Source: Cyanophora paradoxa CCMP329
Lineage: Eukaryota; Plantae; Glaucophyta
Assembly (NCBI GenBank): GCA_004431415.1
Contig: QPMI01000368.1
Span: 1-43,084 of the forward strand
DNA: 43,084 nt
Reading direction: 5' to 3'
The position numbers and the translations under genes are program-made. The stretch's first letter is position 1. The number at the start of each line of letters is the position of its first letter. The notes beneath the pieces are model-generated. The model did no database searches. It saw only the letters and a list, made by a program, of their open reading frames with translations, and was not told the DNA's origin. Of the stretch, positions 34,295 to 43,084 are shown piece after piece.

Positions 34295-35595
34295 ATGGCA
34301 AACGAGCGTTCCAGCAATCTTGTTCCGGCGGCGGCGGCGGCGGCGGAGGCGGCGGCGGCACCGAACCCCGCGGCGGACAGTGTGCGCGGCGCCGCCGTGA
34401 TTGGAAGGCCACGCCACCCCTCTGACACGGGCGCCAGGCGCGATCCACGAGGAGCATGCGCAGTAAGCGCCGACCCGATGCTGAGCCTGTGCCCCCGCCT
34501 GCACGCGTGCAGCGCAGCCGCGTGCGCCCCACGCCCCCGCCCCGCTCGAAGAACTCGGGGCCGCCTCTGAGCTTTGCCGTCTGCAGAAGGCTGCAGCGCC
34601 CGAGATCAGTGCTCCGGCTCCCGCCGCCGGCATGAAGCCGAAGTCGTGCAAGACCTTCGTGCGCCTGTACAGCGTCGGCACCCTCCAAGCCGCAGCCACG
34701 AGCCTGAAGAAGGCATCCGCGCCGGCGCTCCGAGCGCTGCCCCAGCCGTCAGGCGAGCAGTCAGCGGAGCTGGCGGAGGAGGTGGCGAAGATCCTGAAGC
34801 TTGCGCGCGAGGTGGGCCTGGAGGACTTGCCAGAGGAGCTCGACGCGGCGGGCGCGGTGACTGTGCTCGAGCGGCTCATCGACTACAGCTGCCGCGAAGC
34901 CCGCCCGCGCTGGGCCGACGTGCTGGACGCGTACACGAGCTTCATCAAGCTTAAGGCCATCCCGGGGGCGGAGCCCGAGCCCAGCGTCGAGGCAGTCGGC
35001 GTCAGCGTGCAGCTGCGCAAGCTCGTCATGCTCTCGAGCTTCGTCGCCGACGCTTTCGTGAAGCTCTGCGCGGCAAAGCGGTGGGACCCGCGCGTGCCGC
35101 TCCCCCAGGAGGGCCCGCTGGTCCAGGCTTGGACCAAGGTGCTTGCGGGCATCAAGCCGTTCTGCTTCAAGATCATGAACGAGTTGGGCCTCGGCAAGAA
35201 GGTCAACGAGGTCCGTGCTCGTCGCCTCGCTTGGGGGCGAACGCGAGTCGCCTGACGACTCGCCCCCTCAGGAGACGCTGGCTAAACGAATTCCGCAGCT
35301 GCGGAGCGTGGGCCTCCTCGTGAAGGGGATGCCGCACCTCGCCCGCGCCAGCGCCGACGCGGACCCGAAGCTCGAGGCGCTCGACATGCTGTCGGCCCTG
35401 GAGGACCTCTTCGAGCACTCGCTCGACGACGCGGCCTTCGACAAGGCCAGCGCCGACGCCAAGGCTTGGGCCGGGAAGCTCAAGAAAGCCCTCCCCGACG
35501 ACCTCTTCTACAAGATCCCTGCCGCAGCGCCCGCCGCGGGCGCCCAGGGGGCCGCTGCAGCGGCCGAGCGCGAGGCCCCCGCGGCGAACAACTGA
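34295..35595 (+). CDS. Orphan alpha-helical protein, paralogue of the C-terminal domain of the 17278-20149 gene (core 34632-35595; 5' exons tentative)
   Basis: High-GC3 coding sequence 34632-35210; intron 35211-35271 (gtccg...ctgac...cag); exon ETLAKRIPQL...APAANN* ending at 35595; by-eye alignment to 19380-20149. Confidence 0.75.
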
Positions 35596-35799
35596 GCCCT
35601 TGCCTCAACCGCCACATCCAGCCCCCTCTCAGCTTTCATCGGTTGTCGTTTGTAGGGCTTCGCCCTTTCAGAATCTTCCCCTCCTTTTTGCCAAAATTCG
35701 TGCAGCGCGAGCACTAGCTCGGCGTCTGGAAGGGCGGGGCAGGGCGGGGCAAGATGAAGCTATAGATGTTCGGAGGCTGCGGGGAAGGGCCCTAGGGGG

Positions 35800-36430
35800 C
35801 TTGCCACGGGGTGGACGGGCCCTTGGCCGGGCCAGCAGGTTGGCCGGATCCGGCGGCGGCGAGCTCGGGGCCCCTGAGCCGGCGGCGCGTCGTGGACTCC
35901 AGGGAGAGAGCGGCGCGGCGGCGGCGGGGACCTGCCGCAGCTGCGACGAGGCGCGAGGAGCGGCTGCGCTCTCTTCTATCGTGCGGGGCGCTGCGGACGG
36001 GCGCGAGGAACTGGAGTGCGGGCATCAAGACGCCGGCAGCCCGCATCTCCAACCTCCGAGGCTTGGGCGCCGTCCCCGCCTCCTCCTCCGCGGTTCCAGG
36101 CGGCTGCGGGCGTCCGAGGCCTCGGAGGGTTTTCTCGACACGGGGCCAGCCCCGGAAGCGCCTGGGTACCTGATTAGAGGGTCGGTTTCGATTCTAGCTC
36201 CGCGGGCTTGCGAATACGACCAGCGAGATGCGCACCATTGGATTCGCCGTGCTCGAGAGGGGCAGGCAAAAGTTCAACGGGGTTCTGGGGCGAAGGTCGA
36301 CTCCGGAGGGGTAGGTGGGGTACAGGTACTTTGGACGAACCTCCTCGGCGTGCCGCACATCGTTCGATCGGGAATGACAAGGAGACTGCAGCGTTGCCAT
36401 CGCCGGGGTTCGGCGGCGCTGGGGTGGAGG
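35800..36430 (-). CDS. Hypothetical low-complexity multi-exon gene (part)
   Basis: A series of host-style introns on the minus strand (gtacctgtacccc...ccccag; gtgcgcat...ctaatcag); no domain recognised. Confidence 0.3.
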
Positions 36431-37499
36431 GGTACACCGAAAAAACTGGTTGCGGGGGCGTGAGAGGGGCGGGGAGCGCCTCGAAGTTCGAGACGCGGCT
36501 CTACAGCGCACCAGAACACTGGACCGCACCAGAAGGGGGCCGTGGCTCAGCGCGAGGCTCGGCGGCCGCGAGGCGCGTACCGGCACAGCGGCTCGCAAGA
36601 GAGAGCGAGACTTGGCGGTGGCGGCGGCGCCGGCGCGCGAGACGGCCCGTTGCTAGCTGGATCGCATGCGGTAGCTCGGCGAAGCAGAGCGTGTACGATT
36701 GGCGCCGCGGATGGCTCCCCGCTGTCCGCCTGCGAACCCCGCTCTCTCCTCGTGGGGGGCACAGCGGAGGGGCTGCTCACGCGCAAGAGACGAGATCGGG
36801 GCCTGCGAGCCTGCGTGGCCTGCGGGCCGCGTTTCAGCAGCTCCGAGGCGCCCCGCCCGCGCTGCGCGAGAGTCAGTGCTCCGCAGCGGGCGGGGACTAC
36901 GCACGACTGCGCACGTTGCTTCTGATGCCTGCAGAGTGGACGCGGAGCCTTGAGAGCTCCACGTGTGCAGCTAGCCGCCGGCGTCACGGCGCGATGCGGC
37001 CAGGAGAACCACTGCGCGGACGGCGCCTGCACGCGGGTAGCGCGCTGAGCACTCCGTAGACGGTCTCATCGCTTGCTGCTGGCCTTGTCTCTCACGCAGC
37101 TAATGGGAAGCTGGAAAACTTGTTCCCCCCGGGGTCTGGGGCTTCATCGGGGTACAACGTCCAAGCTTCGGCAGAAAGAAGAGGACCAGCAGGGCCTAAA
37201 GCTGCTGGAACGGGCGCTATATATTGAAGTGCTAAACAAAGCCTCCGCAGCAGCTCGCCGAGTCCGCAGCCCAGCGCCGGAAGGCAAGCGCAGCTCCACA
37301 GAAGAAGAGGCTGGGAGCGCACTCTGAGCTCCCCTTGCTATACAGCAGCAACATTCTGATCAGCTGGCGCCCTGTAAAGCCCGCCCGAGCTCGGAGCCCG
37401 GCCAGCGGGACTCAGGAGCTCGCCAGGAGGCACTTTGGGCTCTTTCACAGTAAGGAAGACCACTCTCTGACGGAAAAGCCTTAGCTAAGGCCAGGCGAC

Positions 37500-40400
37500 A
37501 TGGCGGGTGCGTTACAGCGTCGCTTGCCGCCTCCGAGTCGCTTCTGACTCGACCGTAGACGGCGGGCCCTCGCTGCGGGGCTCACCGATCCCGGGCGCCA
37601 GCCCAACGACGTCGGTGAAGCAGTTTGATACGGGGCCGGACGGCAAGCCGCTGGCCCGCAAGTCGAGCGTCGGCGGCAACCTGTCCGTAATGGACATCCA
37701 AGTGCAGAAGACGCCCGTGCTCTCCCGCGTGCGCCGGAAGCGCAAGTCCCCGCCCGGCCCTCACGAACTCCGCCCTCTCACCTTTCGCGGCCGTTTCCGC
37801 TTGCGCAGGCGCCCGGGAGTCGCACAGACACGCAAGCGAGCACCACGAACCTCGCCGGCAGCGGCGGCACGGGGGGCGGCCGCGTGCAGCGGAGGCTGAG
37901 GTGCGCTCCCGCCGTGCGGCCGGGCGCCCGCCCTTCGGGACTCCGCCCGCGCAGAGCGGCCCGCCCCGCTCTGAGCGCGCCCCGCCCCGCCCCGCCCCGC
38001 GCGCAGCCTGCCGAGGAACCTCACAGTGGGAACCCAAATGGCCGCCCAGCAGCTGGCGCAGGTCCTCAAGGTAAGCCGCGGGGCGCTTCGGATCACGTGG
38101 GGCATGCGGATCAAATCATGAAATCGGATCAAATCAGGTCGACGTGATGATGCCGTCGCTCCCGGACGAGGAGGCGGCCGTGGGGAACGCCGCCGTGGAA
38201 GGCGCCGCCTCCTCGGACCCCAACAAGTACCAGCGCGGGCCCTTCCCGGCCCCGGGCAGGCGCGCCCGGCCCGCCACCGTCTCCTTGACTACGACTCCGC
38301 CTGAAGCCGTACCCCGCAGCCTGCCGTACACGATCGAATCGAAGCGGCTGCTGGACTCGGAGGAGATGATCCTCCGGCAGGTCAGCGAGCGAGCCCCCCG
38401 GCCTCGAGGGCCCCCCCCCCCCTTCCCGCGACGCCGGACCCACGTACCCCCCCCTCGCGTCGCAGTCCGGGGGCGGCTCGCTGTTCGGCGGCGGCGCGAC
38501 GGACAGCATCGACCAGTACAGGAGATACGACTGCTATCCCCACCGCGGCAACTCCGACTGGTGGCCGCGTACCCCTCATCCCCCCCCCCCCACCTCTCAC
38601 GCTGACCCTTGCCTCCCCCTCTCCTCCAGGTACTTTTACATGCTGCGGCTCTTCCGGCAGGGCGTCAACATACCCAAGACGGTGCTACCCGACTTCCACC
38701 CCCCCCCCCATCTCCCCCTCTGACGCGATCCGCGTACCCCTCGCAGGCGCCGGAGCCGCAGCAGAGGCAGCGGCCGGAGTCGCGCCCCGCCAGCTCCCTC
38801 CGCATCGAGCGGACGACCCGTACCCTCCGCGAGGAGTTCGAGGAGGTACCCCCGCTTCTTCTTCCCCCCCCCCGCCCGGGGCGCGAGGTGTACCCCCCCA
38901 GGTGTTCACGGAGATCATGTGCTCGGCGGTGTGCACGGAGATGGAGGGGCCCGACGCCGAGCTCACCGCCAGGTGCGGGGGGTACACCTTCGTAGAGCTT
39001 CGCGATCGAAGCCCGTCGCCTATACCCCCTACCCCCCCGCGGGCGATCTTTCGCTTACCCCTCTGCGCCCTGCAGCGACGTGCGGGCGACGCGGGAGACG
39101 CTCTGGCAGAACTTCATCGCCCTGCGCCGGGTACCCCCCCGCACCCCCGTACCCCGTTCCCCTTGTTTTAATGGCGTACCCCCCTTCCCGCAGATCTTCA
39201 TGTTCTACGCGCGGCTGGACCTGGACCCCACCCGCATGATCAACAGGTCCGCGCCCGCCGCCCCGCCCCCGCCCTCCCGCCCCCTTCCCTCTCGCCCCCC
39301 CATCCCCCCCCCCCCCCCGCCCGCTCGGACGGCGCTATTTAAAGGTGGACTGGCCCTCCGGAAAAGGCCTCCTCGCTCCGGACTGGCCTCCGCCCGCCGC
39401 CCGGCGCCCGCCGCCCGCCGCCCGGCGCCTGCCTGACCCGCCCCCGCCCGGCGCGCGCCCGCAGCCAGGCGGCGAGCTCGGGGAAGGACCTGTACCTCAT
39501 GTCCAAGCGCGAGTTCCTCACCTTCCTCAGGGCGCGCCCGGCCCCGCCCCGCCCCAGAGCACCCCGCCCCAGAGCGCCCCGCCCCGCCCCGCCCGCCCGG
39601 ATCCCAGCCCAGCGCCAGAGCCAGAGCCCCTATCGCCTAGATTTGAGCCTACAGCGCGTCGGGCCCCCGCCCCCGCCCGGGCGGCCTCCGATGCCCCGCG
39701 CGGCGCACGCAGGACGTGCAGGTCGTCGAGCGCAACAGGAACGTCCTCAAGATGTTCGAGATCATGTCCGCCCCTACCCCCCCCCCCCCCCCCCTCCCCT
39801 GTTCTCTTCGCGCGTACCCGCCTCTTTCTCTTCGAGATCATGCGCGCCCCCAACTCTCCCTCGTCCTCGTCCACCTAGAATCCGAGCTAGAGCCTAGGCC
39901 GAGGGGACGCCCAGGATCATGCGTGCCCCCGACTTATCCCTCGTCCTCATCCTCGTCCTCGTACCCCCTCTCGCTCTAACTAACCCCCGCCCGCCCGCCC
40001 TCCCTCTCAGGTGGCTGAAGGTGAAGCGGAGCGGGGCGCAGTCGCAGACGGGGGAGACCTCCGCCCTCGAGATCAACCTCGGGTCCGCCCCCGCACCCGC
40101 CCCGCCCCGCCCCTCCCTTCCCTCCGCCCCGCCCCGCCCCGCTTCCCTCCCCCCGCCCCGCCGGCTCGGACTGGGGCCGTCTAAACTCCTCGAGACGCGC
40201 CGCCCTGCGCCCCCCGCCCGCCCGCCCCTATAGCAAGGCCCTCCCCACCTACGCCTCCCCGCCTAGGCCGCCCCCCCGCCCTCCCGCCGGCTACCTGACG
40301 CCTGCCTCGCCGCAGGGAGTTCCTGGCGTGCGCGCTCCGCGTCGCCGGCTTCGTCTACGCAAAGGTGGGCGCCCCCCGTTAGAGTTGATAGAGGACACTG

Positions 40401-43084
40401 AGTGCAGGAGCACTCTAGCTACCGCCTAGGGCACAGCCTAGCCTCAACTCCACCGCCACACCTAAGCCACCTTAGGCTTCTCTTTCTCGCTGGCTTCGCC
40501 TACGGCAAGGTGGGCGGCCGCGGGGCCCGGCCCGGCCTGGGTTCTAGCCTGGATTCTAGGTCCTAGAGGCTTGGGTTTAGGTCTAGGTTTGGGTTAGGGC
40601 CAAGGTGGGCGCCCCCCCCCCCCCCCCCCCCCCCCCGGCCCGGCCTAGGTTCTAGCTTGGATTCTAGGTCCCAGAGGTTTGGGTTTCGGTTTAGGTCTAG
40701 GTTAGGTTTAGTTAGGTCTAGTTAGGTTTAGGGGCCAGGGTGGGAGCCCGCGGGTGCTGCTCGCCTGCCGAGAAGAAGACTCCTGGCTCAAGAAGAGGAG
40801 GGAGATATAGATTCTAGAAGGAGCCCCTCGGCCGCCCGCCGCGCCTTAGGGGCCAAGGTGTGCGGCCTTCCGGCCCGGCCTACTGGGTGCTGGTGGCCCC
40901 CTAGCTCGGACTAGAGCGGGCTAAAGTTGGGAGCCAGCGTGGGCGCCCGCGAGGCCCGGCCTGCTGGGCGCCCGCGAGGCTGGAGCTAAGAGGAGGGCTG
41001 GGGGACGAAATAGACTCTAGCTGCGGCCTGCCGCGCCTTCTCGCCTGCTCTGAAGGGCCGGCGCGCGCGCGCGCAGGACCGTCGGACGTCGCGCCTCCGC
41101 GACCGATTCGTCCTCCTCATGGTCCGCCCCGCCCCGCCCCGCCCCGCCCCTCCCGCCCCCGCGCCCGCCCCGCCCCGCACCCCGCCCCCGCCCCATGTGT
41201 GTCCGTCTCCTGCCCGCGCCCTCGCCTGACAGCTGCGGCGCCCCCGCCCGCCCGCCCCGCCCCTCCCGCCCCGCCCTGACGCGCCCTCCGCTATCCGACG
41301 CGATCGCCCATCGCCCGCCCTCCGGATATCCGATCCGCCTAAAGCTATATTATCTCTGCCTTCTTCTTCTGCGCGCCCCCTCGCAGCCCTCGCCTGACGG
41401 CGCGGCGGGGGCGCCCTCTTCTGCATGCAGCGGGAGCACGTGGTGCCGTACGCGCGCAAGGACGACGTCCGCATCATCCGCGACAAGGCCCGCCCCGCCC
41501 GTCCCCCTCCCCTCCTCTCTTTCTAGGCGGGGCCTCTATCTCACCTCCCTCTCCTTCTCACCTGAGCGGGACCTGAGCGGGGCCAAGCGCGGAACTTCTC
41601 CCCCCCCCCCCCCCCCCTCTCCTTCCGAGCCTCGAGCCCCGCCCGCCCGCCCCCTCCCCTCCTCTTTCTTGGCCGGAGCGCAGCCCGCCCGCCTCGCCCG
41701 CCCGCCCCCTCTCCTCCTCCTTGTAGGCCGGAGCGCGGCACCTCTCCCCTCCCGTCTCCTTCCGGGCCTCGAGCCTCGCCCCGAGCCTCCGGAGCGCTGA
41801 CGGGCGGGCGGGGCGCAGGTGGACAAGGACGCGCAGGTGCAGGACGTGCTCGGCTTCTACAAGGCCGACCTCCAGGTGCCAGCCGCCCGGCCCCGGCCTA
41901 GACGCACAGGCCAGCGACTAGACGGCCCGCTGAGTTAGTCAAGCCACAAGCCAGAGAACGCCTCTTTTTCCACGCCCAGGTCCCTTCCAGGCCTAGACGT
42001 CCAGGCCGAGACGCCCCGCGCCTAGGCTAGCTAGCTGGAGCTAGACCGTCCCGCCGGGCCTAGAGACGCTTCGGCGCGGACATCTCCAGACGGCCGCGGC
42101 GCTGACGCGTCGTCGTCGCCCCCCCCGCTCCCCGTCCGCTCCCCCGCCGGGGCTACTCTAGCAACTCTAGCTGGAGAACGCGTTCTAGTCTAGCTACTCT
42201 AGCTACCGAAGTAGAGCGTTCTAGTCTAGCTGTGAAGCACGCTAGAGAGCGCCTCCGAGGAGCGCTCTAGAACGCGTGAGGGACCCGCCGCGCTGACCTC
42301 CTCTTCCCCTCCTCCAGCGGGTGTTCGTGAAGTACGCGGGGCTGGACCACCTGGAGCGGGGCGCGAAGCGGGGGGCGATGGGCGCCGACCTCGCGTCCAT
42401 CAACCTCAACGAGTTCGTCAAGTGCGCGCGGCGAGGGCTGGTTCTTGGCTATCCGAAGATCGATGCGGCGCGCGCGGCCGCTACCCTTGAACTAGAAGCT
42501 CTAGATCCTAAGCTCGGCTCCATGGGGTAACTGAAGATCCATGGGGCGTGCGGCTAGGAATAGAAGCTCTAGATCCTAAGCGGGCCATCAACCTCAACGA
42601 GTTCGTCAAGTGCGCGCTTGATGGGATGTAGAGCTAAGCTAGAACTGGATCCTAGATCCTGAGCTGGCCATCAACCTCAAGCTGATACGATATAAAGCTA
42701 ATCTGATATGAGGCTAAGCCAAGCTAAGCTGATCCTCGATTAACTGATCCTCGAATTCGTCAAGTGCGCGGTTGATGGGGTAAAATGCTTAGCTAGACCT
42801 AGAACTAGGCTAGAAGTAGAAGCTCCAGATCCTAAGCTGGCCAGCTGGGGCCGGGCCCCAGGCTCTAGCTCTAGACTGGAACTAGGACTCTTAGACCCTT
42901 TCGAACTTAGGTGTTGAGGGCAGCCCGGCCCATGCGCTCTTTCCGTGAGAGGCGGCCGGGCGCGGCCAGTCCCCCCCTGACCCGACCCCCGCGCCGCTGA
43001 CTCCGCTCCCAGGCTGGTGGAGGACAACGGGGTGCTGGACGCGCGCCTCACGCTGCGCCAGGTCCGCGAGGCCTTCGTCCTCTC
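37500..43084 (+). CDS. EF-hand-like/p25alpha-like repeat protein of the flagellar-associated (RSPH10B C-terminus-like) type; 3' end runs off the right edge
   Basis: ATG at 37500 and ~19 small exons: TRETLWQNFIALRR|IFMFYARL...MSKREFLTFLR|DVQVV...KMFEIM|W...EINLG|EFLACALRVAGFVY...LM|REHVVPYA...VQDVLGFYKADLQ|RVFVKYA...SINLNEFVK|LVEDNGVLDARLTLRQVREAF. The pattern L..(I/V)F..Y...(M/I)...EF....D occurs twice. Confidence 0.75.
42398..42860 (+). repeat. Echo duplications of exon end ccatcaacctcaacgagttcgtcaa|gtgcgc and of agctctagatcctaagc
   Basis: Exon end at about 42398-42428 is copied at about 42585-42617, and partly at 42668 and 42757. Confidence 0.85.

Overview
Eukaryotic, very GC-rich, intron-dense DNA, probably from a flagellated protist or alga (organism not identifiable from sequence alone). 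Most ORFs in the supplied track are GC-rich noise; the real genes are split into small exons, which I reconstructed by eye. (1) <1-~12,964, minus strand: a polycystin-2/TRPP-type channel gene with over 30 tiny exons. It is interrupted by a 4.3-kb, 5'-truncated, poly(A)-tailed non-LTR retroelement (4,029-8,344). The element encodes an intact-looking Ulp1/SENP cysteine protease, an RNase H C-terminal motif and LINE-type CCHC/IWKxR motifs, but no visible RT. It is flanked by a ~525-bp direct repeat that duplicates a whole host exon, i.e. an apparent giant target-site duplication. (2) 13.4-20.1 kb: two orphan multi-exon genes, a heptad-repeat coiled-coil/TM protein and a membrane protein with a C-terminal helical domain. 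(3) 20.8-32.5 kb: a 4-copy ~3.05-kb patchwork tandem array. (4) 34.3-35.6 kb: a diverged paralogue of that helical domain, with an intron at the same position. (5) 37.5 kb to end: an EF-hand/p25alpha-like gene of the flagellar-associated type. Long introns contain echo copies of exon ends and a strong CAG/CTG-to-TAG/CTA (CTAG, CTATAG) decay signature. The best candidate for an undescribed system is the Ulp1-bearing LINE-like element with the exon-duplicating giant TSD.
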